The position numbers were made by a program, and so were the translations under genes. A DNA stretch of 64,000 nt from positions 191,769 to 255,768 of the forward strand of contig JBDRHA010000011.1 of NCBI GenBank assembly GCA_043817235.1. Direction: 5' to 3'. Source of the stretch: Candidatus Shapirobacteria bacterium (GTDB lineage Bacteria > Patescibacteriota > Microgenomatia > UBA12405 > BS750m-G30). Positions 47,647 to 57,867 of the stretch are shown piece after piece. Every line of letters starts with the position of its first letter. Position 1 is the stretch's first letter. The notes beneath the pieces are model-generated. The model searched no databases. It was not told the DNA's origin and saw nothing but the letters and a program-made list of their open reading frames with translations.

Positions 47647-49026
47647 TTATTTCTCAAAAGCGACAACTTTTATCTTGCAAAGATCACGAAGACCATATTT
47701 TCCATGTTCTCGGCCAATACCCGATAATTTGTTTCCGCCGAAAGGATTACAAGGAAGAAGATAACTAACGGAATTAATATTTACCATGCCGGTATTAATC
47801 GCTTTCGCTACTCTTTCCGCTCTTCTTTTATCTTTGGTAAAAATATATCCCCCTAAGCCATATTGGGTGTCATTTGCTAAATCAATGGCCTCTTTTTCAG
47901 TTTTAAAAGGAACAATTGGCAAAACTGGCCCAAAAACTTCTTCTTGCCAAACTTTCATCTTTTTATTTACTCTTGTTAATAAGGTAGGTAGATAATAAGC
48001 GCCTTTTAATCCTTTTGGCTTATTGCCTCCAGTTATTACTTCTGCCCCTTTATTCAAGGCGTCTTTAACTTGCTCTTCCAGCGTTTTTAATTGCTTTCGA
48101 GAGACTAAAGGACCGATTTCGGTAGCGGGATTCTGTGGGTCACTGACTTTTTTGTCTTCCAGCATTTTCTTCAAGGCTTTAACTACTTGATCAAACTTAC
48201 TTTGGTGAGCAATTAATCTTTTTAAGCCGTCACATATCTGCCCGCAATTGCCAAATCGATTAATCCAGACTGACTCTACTACTTTATCAATATCGGCATC
48301 AGCAAAAACTATTCCAGGAGCAGAACCGCCCAATTCTAAAATTACTTTTATAAATTTTTTGGAGGCTACTTGATAAAGATATTGCCCAACTTTGGCACTC
48401 CCGGTAAAGCAAATTAAATCTATGCCCTGATGAACCAAAAAGTTACCAACTTCACCGTCGCCATAAATTTCTGAAAATACCCCCTTGGGTAGTTTGCACG
48501 ATCTAATTATATTTTCGTAAAGTTTTCCAGAAAGGGGACATTCTTCAGAATGTTTAAATATAACAGTATTGCCAGCTATTAAATTAGGGATAACTCCCCA
48601 GATGAAATTACAAAAAGGAAAATTCCAGGGAACAATAACTCCCGCTACTCCTATTGGCTCAAAAAAAACCTTATGGACCGCTCTTTTATCTTCAAAAGTT
48701 ACTTCGGGAGCAAGATATTTTTCGGCGTTATCCAAATACCACTTAAAGTAATCCAGACCCGCGTTTATATCAATAACTTCCCTATCTTGGAACATCATCC
48801 CTATTTCTCTGGTAGCCAATTCTCCAATCTCCGCTTTCTTTTTAGAAAAGGCAACATAGATTCGCTTAAGAAATCTTATCCTCTCTTTTACACCTAAGCT
48901 TTTCCAATTATTATGTGCTTTTTCCGCTTGGTCAACCTTTTGCTTTATTTCTCTCTTTGAAGATATTTCTATTTCCCCAACAATCTCGTAATTCCTCCCG
49001 GGGTTAGCGGAAACTAATTTAGCCAT
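47647..49026 (-). CDS. NAD(P)-dependent aldehyde dehydrogenase
   Basis: 459 aa; ALDH catalytic region ELGGSAPGIVF (Glu active site) and FGNCGQICDGLKR (catalytic Cys). Confidence 0.8.
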   Translation of the reverse strand: MAKLVSANPGRNYEIVGEIEISSKREIKQKVDQAEKAHNNWKSLGVKERIRFLKRIYVAFSKKKAEIGELATREIGMMFQDREVIDINAGLDYFKWYLDNAEKYLAPEVTFEDKRAVHKVFFEPIGVAGVIVPWNFPFCNFIWGVIPNLIAGNTVIFKHSEECPLSGKLYENIIRSCKLPKGVFSEIYGDGEVGNFLVHQGIDLICFTGSAKVGQYLYQVASKKFIKVILELGGSAPGIVFADADIDKVVESVWINRFGNCGQICDGLKRLIAHQSKFDQVVKALKKMLEDKKVSDPQNPATEIGPLVSRKQLKTLEEQVKDALNKGAEVITGGNKPKGLKGAYYLPTLLTRVNKKMKVWQEEVFGPVLPIVPFKTEKEAIDLANDTQYGLGGYIFTKDKRRAERVAKAINTGMVNINSVSYLLPCNPFGGNKLSGIGREHGKYGLRDLCKIKVVAFEK

Positions 49027-49053
49027 TAGATTATTTTATCATGGCAAAAAAAG

Positions 49054-49127
49054 TGGACGCGCCAGGACTCGAACCTGGGACCTCTTGCTCATAAGGCAAG
49101 CGCTCTCACCGACTGAGCTACGCGTCC
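49054..49127 (-). tRNA. tRNA with anticodon TAT (UAU; tRNA-Ile reading AUA), no encoded CCA
   Basis: manual fold: acceptor GGACGCG/CGCGTCC, D-arm GCTC..GAGC, anticodon stem CTTGC/GCAAG with loop CTTATGA, T-arm CCAGG TTCGAGT CCTGG; 74 nt. Confidence 0.7.
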
Positions 49128-49177
49128 AAATAACGAATTAGCTTCGTGTAATCCTTCGGATTATATCAAATTTTAGC

Positions 49178-49206
49178 TTGACGAATAGATATTTTTAGGT
49201 TATCAT
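49178..49206 (+). promoter_or_regulatory. candidate sigma-70 promoter for 16S rRNA: -35 TTGACG (49178-49183), 17-nt spacer, -10 TATCAT (49201-49206)
   Basis: consensus-like hexamers with optimal spacing ~110 nt upstream of the 16S 5' end; a second weaker TTGACA at 49242. Confidence 0.45.
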
Positions 49207-49314
49207 AAAGATACTTCGGTTAGCAGTTACTAGAAAGCACCTTGACAATTTATAGGCATTAATTTTTTGAGCACAGATTATCTGCAGCAGGAAGTCAAAT
49301 TTGTAATTAGTTTT

Positions 49315-50782
<1,468 letters not shown>

Positions 50783-50895
50783 AAAGGATTTTCCCCGCAG
50801 TTGCGGGGCAGACTTCTCTGCTGCAGGTAATTTGTGAATTTCAAAAATTAAAAATAAAATGCCCAAAAAAAAAACGGGTTGGTCAGTTTTACTCC

Positions 50896-51591
50896 TTGGA
50901 TCCCGAAAATATTCCCCAGCACATTGCAATAATTATGGACGGCAACCGCCGCTGGGCGAGAAAAAAAGGATTAACCCCCACGCAAGGCCATCGGGCTGGC
51001 GCCAAAAACTTAGTCGATTTAGTTGACCATTGCGAAAAACTCGGCGTCAAACTTCTAACGGTCTATGCTTTATCTACGGAAAATTGGAAAAAGAGAGCCA
51101 AACAAGAGGTCCGAGGCATTTTTGGCTTGCTGATTAAAATTGCCGAAGAAAAAAAAGAAGATTACCAAAAAAGAGGAATTAGATTTTTTGTTTTAGGCAA
51201 TTTCCAGGCTTTTCCCTTAAAAGTCAAACGGGCCATTAGCGAAATTCTTAATATTGTTAAAAAACACGAACGATTAAAGTTTAACGTTGCCCTAAATTAC
51301 GGCGGGCGGGACGAAATAGTCCGGGCGGTTAAAAATATTGTTAAAGACGGGGTACGGCCGAATAAAATAAACGAAAAATTAATTGCCAAATACCTATATA
51401 CTAACGGCCAGCCAGACCCGGATTTGGTAATCAGAACCGGCGGGGAAATAAGAATTTCTAATTTCCTGCTTTGGCAGCTTTCTTACTCCGAGCTTTATTT
51501 TACTAATGCTTTATGGCCGGATTTTGGGCCAAAAAGACTGGAAGAAGCGATTAAAGAATACCAAGAAAGAAGCCGGAGATTTGGTCAGTAG
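50896..51591 (+). CDS. uppS: undecaprenyl-diphosphate synthase (cis-prenyltransferase)
   Basis: HIAIIMDGNRRWA and RTGGEIRISNFLLWQLSYSELYF motifs; 231 aa. Confidence 0.9.
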   Translation: MDPENIPQHIAIIMDGNRRWARKKGLTPTQGHRAGAKNLVDLVDHCEKLGVKLLTVYALSTENWKKRAKQEVRGIFGLLIKIAEEKKEDYQKRGIRFFVLGNFQAFPLKVKRAISEILNIVKKHERLKFNVALNYGGRDEIVRAVKNIVKDGVRPNKINEKLIAKYLYTNGQPDPDLVIRTGGEIRISNFLLWQLSYSELYFTNALWPDFGPKRLEEAIKEYQERSRRFGQ

Positions 51592-51599
51592 GTTTTTCT

Positions 51600-51902
51600 T
51601 TAGCCGGTAAGAATACTAATCCCAAAAATCACTTCGATAGCCCGGATAATAAACCAAGATAAAAATACTACTACAAAGCCCACAATTCCCATCATTACTC
51701 TGCTCCGGCCGCTGGCTACTTTCTCCGGGTTGCCCCCGGAAACCATCATTTCAAACCCGCCAAAAATAATCATTACTAACATAATTATTCCCGCCAGAGG
51801 AATGATATATTTCCACAATTCGGTAAAAACACCCGCAATATCAGTAAATTTAGCAGATACTGTAGAGCTTGGAATATCAAAATTAGCGGCATGAACTTTC
51901 AT
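51600..51902 (-). CDS. VirB2/TrbC-like two-helix pilin-family protein (paralog 1)
   Basis: 100 aa; hydrophobic helix - loop SGGNPEKVASGRSR - hydrophobic helix ending IRAIEVIFG; same architecture as seven other ORFs in the window. Confidence 0.55.
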   Translation of the reverse strand: MKVHAANFDIPSSTVSAKFTDIAGVFTELWKYIIPLAGIIMLVMIIFGGFEMMVSGGNPEKVASGRSRVMMGIVGFVVVFLSWFIIRAIEVIFGISILTG

Positions 51903-51911
51903 GTTATTAAT

Positions 51912-52670
51912 TTAATAATTTAATCCCGGCAAGCTTAATAAATCTACTCCAATGAATCTTAACAGAAAAAGAGAAAAAATCATAAAAAGCAGGCCGGAAA
52001 TTGCGCTTGTTACATAAGCTTGGCCTTGTTTTACTTTCTCCGGGTTGCCGCCGGAGGTAATAATCTGAAAAGCGCCAAAAATCATCAAAAGCAAAGCAAT
52101 TCCGCCGGCAATCCCCATGAAATTCCCAAAAAACCAATTAACAAACTCACTGGTATTATTAATCGGAATACACCCCAAAGCAGTATCAATACCGGTCTCA
52201 CCATTACAAAACCCAGGAAAAAAAACCGAAGTTCCTGGCGTTGGGGTAGGGGCAATAGTGAACATGCTTGAAATTTCGCAGGTATGGTCGTGAGTATCAC
52301 AAACCAGACCAGAAGAACATGTTCCACCTGGGCAGCAATTGTCGCCTACCGACATACCGCAAGCTGGCGTTGGGGATCCGTAATGACAGCCCACGCAAGT
52401 TGTAGGGGTTGGCGCAGGAGTTGAGACAGAAGTTGGCGATGGAGTTGGAGTTATTACTAAGGGAGGAGTAGGTGTATTAGCCGGAGGTTGACAATAGTGT
52501 TCGAAACAAGTAAATGCTGGCGCACCGCAACAAGGCACATTACCATCTCCACAATCATGATAATTATCTATACAATCTGCAGCGAAAGATTTCAGGGGAG
52601 AAATAGAAGCTACAAATAAAAAAAGCGCAAAGAAAAATATCTTTCTAATCACAATTTTTAAATTACTCAC
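51912..52670 (-). CDS. pilin-family protein with N-terminal signal peptide, two Cys-rich modules and Pro/Thr linker fused to a C-terminal two-helix pilin domain (paralog 2)
   Basis: signal peptide; CIDNYHDCGDGNVPCCGAPAFTC... and CVGCHYGSPTPACGMSVGDNCCPGGTC... modules separated by TPTPP repeats; C-terminal GAFQIITSGGNPEKVKQGQAYV...LLRFIGV pilin-like domain. Confidence 0.55.
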   Translation of the reverse strand: MSNLKIVIRKIFFFALFLFVASISPLKSFAADCIDNYHDCGDGNVPCCGAPAFTCFEHYCQPPANTPTPPLVITPTPSPTSVSTPAPTPTTCVGCHYGSPTPACGMSVGDNCCPGGTCSSGLVCDTHDHTCEISSMFTIAPTPTPGTSVFFPGFCNGETGIDTALGCIPINNTSEFVNWFFGNFMGIAGGIALLLMIFGAFQIITSGGNPEKVKQGQAYVTSAISGLLFMIFSLFLLRFIGVDLLSLPGLNY

Positions 52671-53547
52671 TCTTTTTAGATTTTTCTTTTAAGTATTTAA
52701 CTATTAATTGGGCAATGTCTAAATTGGCACGCTTTTCCATCACATAAAATTCCGGGGCTTGGTTCACTTCAATTACTACCGGCTTGTTATTTCTTTTATC
52801 CATCACCAAGTCAACACCGGCAATTTCCACACCCAAAATTTTAGCTGCCTTTTCGGCTTCGGCAGCCACATCCTCAGGGATTTTTTCTAAAATTTGGGAG
52901 CTGCCCGCCGAGCGATTCAAAATCAATTGTTTTTCTTTAGCCTGGCGTTTAAAACCGGTAATAACTTTATAACCGACTAAAAACAAGCGATAATCGCCAT
53001 CATTGGGAATATAATCTTGAATTAAAAAGTTAATACTTGTCCGACCTTGCAAAACTCTATTTAACGCTAAATCGTCCTCGATTAAAAAGGTTCCTTGGCC
53101 ATGCCGGCCGGCCGTAGATTTTATAACCACCGGCTTCGGCTCAGCTTCCACCACTTTTTTAAGATCTTCCCGGTCAGAAACAAAACTGCTTTTCGGATAA
53201 CTCACTCCAGCCCGCAGCAACATTATTGCCTCCGAAGATTTTCTTTTTCGAAAAGCGCCGCCTAATTTGTTCAAATAGTCATCAACTATCGGAATTTTAT
53301 GCTCTTTGGCATATTCCAAAAGCAAAGGCAAGTGCTCATTTTTATCTCCCACTGAGCGAAAATAAAATAAAGAAAAATCCTTTAAAGGCTGGTCTTGAAA
53401 ATAGATCTCCCATTCTTTTTGGATTCCCTCAATTTTAAGAGCTGAATAATGAATAGGAACAAGATCAATTTCTTCTTTTTTAGCCGCCTTAACTAACTTC
53501 TCACCGGAATCAGTCCAGGCCGTATAAAAAAAGGCAATTTTTTTCAT
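52663..53547 (-). CDS. RimK-family ATP-grasp ligase (alpha-L-glutamate ligase-like)
   Basis: 294 aa; ATP-grasp core VVIKSTAGRHGQGTFLI...DYRLFLVG...GVDLVMDKRNNKPVVIEVNQAPEF. Confidence 0.7.
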   Translation of the reverse strand: MKKIAFFYTAWTDSGEKLVKAAKKEEIDLVPIHYSALKIEGIQKEWEIYFQDQPLKDFSLFYFRSVGDKNEHLPLLLEYAKEHKIPIVDDYLNKLGGAFRKRKSSEAIMLLRAGVSYPKSSFVSDREDLKKVVEAEPKPVVIKSTAGRHGQGTFLIEDDLALNRVLQGRTSINFLIQDYIPNDGDYRLFLVGYKVITGFKRQAKEKQLILNRSAGSSQILEKIPEDVAAEAEKAAKILGVEIAGVDLVMDKRNNKPVVIEVNQAPEFYVMEKRANLDIAQLIVKYLKEKSKKSE

Positions 53548-53585
53548 TTGTTGATTATTATTTATTTCATTCTAACACAAAGCCT

Positions 53586-54914
53586 TTAAACTGCAGGGCC
53601 GGTAGTCACCGGCTCCGGCTTGACCAAAAATCCACCCAGATCCCGCCGGCCAATAAGCATTGGCGTATTTAGATGCGAGCGCTTGGTTACATTGGCTGCG
53701 GTTTTAATTTTCCGTCCCTTTAAGTAAAAGGTCAAAGCAATCACCGGCCGCTCGTGTTTGCGAGCTAAAGCCGAGCGATAGTGCCGATAAAAAAGAATAT
53801 TATCCGGATCAAGCAAGCCCAATCCCTTAGCAAAATCCTCGTCAATTGAAGAGCGTAGAGCGCCAGTATCAATTTTGGCCAAAAGCTCGTGACGCTTGCC
53901 CTTTTTCCCTTTAATTTTAACGGTTTCCAAAACTTCTACAACTTTAATCCCCTCTTCCGCCTTTACTTTATCCACAAAGCTTTCGCCAAATAGAGTTTGG
54001 GCAATTTTTACCGCATGATCGACATTCCTGACCTTCAAGCCTTCGGCTTTTTCCAAACGAATGCGCAATCCTGCCCGATTACTTATTTGAATCGATAACC
54101 CCGGCCGAGCATTAAGCTCCACCACCATTGGCCCTTTATCTTTATCCAAAAAAATATCCGCCCCAAAGTAACTCAACCCTTCTATAGCAAAAGAGCATTC
54201 TATGCTCGTTTGCAAAATTCTTTTCCACTCAGGAATTTTAATGCCATTAACTTTTATCCACTTTTTTCTTTTTAAATCAAAGATTTTCGTTATTATTTGC
54301 TGTTTTCCCTGCACACCATAAGTAGTAATGCCGGTGGCTAAATCAATACCTAAACCAATCGCCCCCTGCTCCAAGTTAGCCTTGCCGCGTGATTCCTCGG
54401 TAGGGATGCGCATCATGGCCATCACCGGAATTTTATTGTAAACTACTACCCGAATGTCCGGGGTGCCGGTTTTGGTAAAGCGCAAAAACTTGGGATGAAT
54501 TTTTACTCGCTCTTCCACTAACACTCGATCAGGAAAACCACCTAAGCTATACCGGCCTTCTAAAATATCTAAACAATGATAATGCAAATCAGAGATGCCC
54601 ACTTTTGTGCCATCCGCCAAAAACCATTCTCCGGCAAACTTGCCTTTTTTCTTGACTACCCACACCCCCTGCCCACCCGAACCGGAAGTTGGCTTAACAA
54701 CAAAGCTTGTGTCTGCCTCCTGCCAAGAAAAGCCGCTTACCTGGCGCGGATTTTTAAAAAGAGCAATTAGTTTGGGAACCGGAATACCGGCTCTGGCAAG
54801 CACTTTTTTGGTCCAGGCTTTAGAATTAGCAATTGACCGGCCGCGCGAAGAATTTTTGCGCAGATAAGTCATGGAGCGAATATTTTTAGTAAGAACTTCG
54901 TTTTTAGAAGCCAC
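53586..54914 (-). CDS. ATP-grasp ligase fused to a C-terminal retropepsin-like (DUF785-type, D-T-G-A) protease domain
   Basis: N-terminal ATP-grasp FVVKPTSGSGGQGVWVV...DIRVVVYN...GPMVVELNARPG; C-terminal LLAKIDTGALRSSID aspartic-protease-like motif. Confidence 0.6.
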   Translation of the reverse strand: MASKNEVLTKNIRSMTYLRKNSSRGRSIANSKAWTKKVLARAGIPVPKLIALFKNPRQVSGFSWQEADTSFVVKPTSGSGGQGVWVVKKKGKFAGEWFLADGTKVGISDLHYHCLDILEGRYSLGGFPDRVLVEERVKIHPKFLRFTKTGTPDIRVVVYNKIPVMAMMRIPTEESRGKANLEQGAIGLGIDLATGITTYGVQGKQQIITKIFDLKRKKWIKVNGIKIPEWKRILQTSIECSFAIEGLSYFGADIFLDKDKGPMVVELNARPGLSIQISNRAGLRIRLEKAEGLKVRNVDHAVKIAQTLFGESFVDKVKAEEGIKVVEVLETVKIKGKKGKRHELLAKIDTGALRSSIDEDFAKGLGLLDPDNILFYRHYRSALARKHERPVIALTFYLKGRKIKTAANVTKRSHLNTPMLIGRRDLGGFLVKPEPVTTGPAV

Positions 54915-54919
54915 GCTTT

Positions 54920-55807
54920 TTACCTTTCTAAAACCGCCTTAAATCGTTTGTGCTCCAGCAAACGCCAGCCCGTGTATTTGCCAATAAGCAAATTCAAAAC
55001 CAAAACAGCCAAAAAAGAAAGTTCCGGATTAAGTAAAACCAGCTCTTGAAGTTTTTCCCAAGCCATTAAAGAAGCACCTAAAATGGAAATTACTAAGGTG
55101 CCAATAGTTAAGCTCATCGCGCTTCTTTTAGATTTTCCCAGCTGAACGCGGGTAAATTCTTCGGAAAGCAAAATAAGAAAGAGGATCGGGAAAATAGAAA
55201 TTTGAGTTAAATCAAGAAGGCTCAAAGAAGGAGAAACTGCCAAAAAGCCAAAAGTAATTAAAGAAATAATCATTAAAGTAATCGCTCTTCTTGGCCAGTA
55301 AAAGATTTTTACTTTTTTCAAGCTCCGGCCGGCCAAAACCGTAGAAATTAAAATTACCGCAAAAAGAAAAAGGCCGCCGACAATTCCGGTGGCCAAAAAA
55401 GTAATGGCAATCATCGCCGGCATAAAAATGCCAAAACCAGGAACGCCAATGCCGTACTGAACTGCACCCACCAGAGCCCCTACCAAAGGAAGAAGTAAAA
55501 TCAAAATAATAGTGTTAGCCGGCACACCGCGGCTAACGGCAAAACGAACACTGTATTTTAAAAAGTTATCTAAAGAAAGCGGCCCTAGATTTTGCTCGTC
55601 TAAAAGCGCTTCCAGCTTGCCTTTGGTTTTTATATTCTTAGGCTCAGTAATATTTTCTTTAACAGCTACTGTAGTAGGTATTGCCGAAGCAGTTGATTCC
55701 TGTCCTTGGGGCTCAAGACTAGGGTTAGGAACAATAGTGACCGCGCCAGCCGGCAAAGCGAAAAGAAAAAACAAAGCAAGAAATAGCACTAGTTTTTTAG
55801 TAAGCAT
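54920..55807 (-). CDS. 7TM-type membrane protein with N-terminal signal peptide and extracellular domain (7TM-receptor partner of ATP-grasp systems)
   Basis: signal peptide, ~90-aa extracytoplasmic region, then about seven hydrophobic helices; first gene of the three-gene operon with the two ATP-grasp enzymes. Confidence 0.5.
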   Translation of the reverse strand: MLTKKLVLFLALFFLFALPAGAVTIVPNPSLEPQGQESTASAIPTTVAVKENITEPKNIKTKGKLEALLDEQNLGPLSLDNFLKYSVRFAVSRGVPANTIILILLLPLVGALVGAVQYGIGVPGFGIFMPAMIAITFLATGIVGGLFLFAVILISTVLAGRSLKKVKIFYWPRRAITLMIISLITFGFLAVSPSLSLLDLTQISIFPILFLILLSEEFTRVQLGKSKRSAMSLTIGTLVISILGASLMAWEKLQELVLLNPELSFLAVLVLNLLIGKYTGWRLLEHKRFKAVLER

Positions 55808-55891
55808 GGGCTTATTTTATCAGGAAACAGGCAAAAAAACAGTAATTTGAAGATTTTTCGACAAAAATATTCCTTGGGCATTAGCATAAGC

Positions 55892-55922
55892 TTAGCAAAT
55901 TCCAACCACTTATGCTATAATT
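55892..55922 (+). promoter_or_regulatory. candidate promoter -35 TTAGCA (55892-55897) / -10 TATAAT (55917-55922) giving a leaderless or near-leaderless mRNA for the 55931 ORF
   Basis: perfect -10 hexamer 8 nt upstream of the ATG; no Shine-Dalgarno sequence. Confidence 0.4.
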
Positions 55923-55930
55923 TTGGCTAA

Positions 55931-57859
55931 ATGACAAGCGAAAGAGACGGCCTTCCCCCAGACGAAATTCTTTCTCGGTATGCCGATGAAGAGGACAGAG
56001 GAGGGAAAAAGGGTAAAGAGCATTTCAGAACTTCTATTGGAACCCACGTCGAAGGAGCAATTGATCACTTTAATCGGATGACCACGGAAGAACTGGCGTC
56101 CAATGAAGAAATACTTTCTGCGTTTAGAGAAACTGTATTCGACGCGATTGCTTTTTACGAGGGTCTTCCCGGAACAAGCGGGTATAATTTTGATCGTCCA
56201 GCTCTAGATGCTGAAGCCCGAAGAAAGTTATCAGGAGAAGAGCGGAAACAAATTGAGCAACAAATCAGAAGGTCAAGACTACAAACAATGCTTTTTGAAC
56301 GCTTGTTTCTTTCCCGCGAAGGATCCCGCGAAAGACCTTATTCCTATGTCTCGGCAAAAATAGAAGAAGCAACTTTTGAAAGACGCTGGCGAATAGATCA
56401 AGAAAGAAAAATACGAGCCCGAGAAAAAGATAGGGGGCCGATCAGCAGAGAGCAACAAAAGGCAGAGGAAAATTTAGAAACAGAGCTTTTTGCTCTTTAT
56501 CTTCATCATGAGGCGCGAACACTAATAGACGAGGCTTTTAAGCAAAGACAATTTTATGCTGAAGATTCTGGCTCTACTAAAGAGGCTTTAAGCCGAGGAA
56601 AAACTATTGATTGGCGAATTCCTATTTATCCCGATCGAGTCGATTGGGCCGCTGCCTTCACTGAAATTGTCGCCAGCAAATTCGGCGATAAGGTCGATAA
56701 AACATTGCGAAAAATAGTTGATATTGGCGAACGCGGGCTTAAGAAAAATGGAGAAACCTTAATTGAGCACCCATACGCTGAAGGAATTGTTAAAACCGAG
56801 CACTTTACTGAATTTATCAAACAAATTTATGAGGCGGCTGATCAAGATATGGGCGCTGCCTGGTTAAGTTGGCGTTTAGCTTTGCTCTGGGAAATACCCA
56901 GTAAGTATGGAGTAGCTATTAAGAAAAAGCCGCTAACGCTTCCAGACGGGAGAGAGATAGAGGGATATATTCCGGTAGTCGGCGACGCTCCTTTGACCGC
57001 AGATTGGTATTCCAGTACAGCATTCTTGGATTTTGAACGATTTATTGAAGGCGGCTGGTATATTGATCCCAAGGACGAAGCCGGCAAAAAAAAACTTGAG
57101 GCTTCTCTTCAGGATCCGGCTAAACTAAGAGAGCTCCTTACAGCTCATCGCCACTTGGTAGAAATGTTTTACAACAAGATTGGCCTGCCTCTAAACCTAG
57201 GCAGAATCGGCTCCATTGCACCGGCCACCTACTTAGAGAGCGCCAAAGGGAAATTCGCCAAGAAGGACGGTAATGGCAATATTATTAGAAACCAAAATGG
57301 AGAACCGGTACTTGAAGATAAGCCCACCAGTTTTTGGCAAAAATGGAGAGAAGGGGTGCCATTAAAAGATCTGCCTTGGTGGGAAACGGAGCAAGTGGCT
57401 ACAGGAACCGAAGAAGCTACGCCTACCGGCTCCTTTCAGTTTTGGGCTTTTGTCAACCGTATCCGCGCTCTCTCGATTGCTGATCTGGTCACCAACATGC
57501 CCGGTCCTCAAGATTTAGTAGATTTTAAAACTTGGAAAAGTCTAGCGAGAAACTGGTCAAAATTAAAACTTGACCAAGACGCAAGGAAATGGCTAATTCT
57601 TTCCTGGATTTACCCCTACGTCGGCTTAATAAATAACTATGGAACTAAAGAAGCGGAAAGAGATCTTGGAGCTAGAGTCTTAAATATGGGAGAGCAAATG
57701 GGAGATTATCCCTTAACAAACGCAAAGCCCGGCATGCCAACCATAGACTCCGCTCTAGCAAACGCTTTCAGGGCTAAATTTATTACCAAAGAAGATATTG
57801 ACTGGATAAAAAAGACTATCTCGAAAAAACCAACCGAGATAGTTTCCCTCAGAGATTAA
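55931..57859 (+). CDS. large hypothetical cytoplasmic protein, Arg/Glu-rich, no recognisable domain
   Basis: 642 aa, no signal peptide or TM; higher GC and Arg content than surrounding Lys-rich genes; only plus-strand gene in a 13-kb minus-strand block. Confidence 0.5.
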   Translation: MTSERDGLPPDEILSRYADEEDRGGKKGKEHFRTSIGTHVEGAIDHFNRMTTEELASNEEILSAFRETVFDAIAFYEGLPGTSGYNFDRPALDAEARRKLSGEERKQIEQQIRRSRLQTMLFERLFLSREGSRERPYSYVSAKIEEATFERRWRIDQERKIRAREKDRGPISREQQKAEENLETELFALYLHHEARTLIDEAFKQRQFYAEDSGSTKEALSRGKTIDWRIPIYPDRVDWAAAFTEIVASKFGDKVDKTLRKIVDIGERGLKKNGETLIEHPYAEGIVKTEHFTEFIKQIYEAADQDMGAAWLSWRLALLWEIPSKYGVAIKKKPLTLPDGREIEGYIPVVGDAPLTADWYSSTAFLDFERFIEGGWYIDPKDEAGKKKLEASLQDPAKLRELLTAHRHLVEMFYNKIGLPLNLGRIGSIAPATYLESAKGKFAKKDGNGNIIRNQNGEPVLEDKPTSFWQKWREGVPLKDLPWWETEQVATGTEEATPTGSFQFWAFVNRIRALSIADLVTNMPGPQDLVDFKTWKSLARNWSKLKLDQDARKWLILSWIYPYVGLINNYGTKEAERDLGARVLNMGEQMGDYPLTNAKPGMPTIDSALANAFRAKFITKEDIDWIKKTISKKPTEIVSLRD

Positions 57860-57867
57860 GGGCTTGA

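Noticed and set aside
50796-50815. Recurrent CCCGCAACTGCGGGG and CCGACGTAACGTCGG hairpins (16S 50091 and 50685, 23S 29121, 30091 and 30391, intron 27141, 16S trailer 50796) as a mobile repeat
   Set aside because: Most copies replace variable-helix tips inside rRNA and are better explained as a lineage-specific preference for these stable tetraloop hairpins than as transposition; they are noted only as corroborating the hairpin bias of the genome
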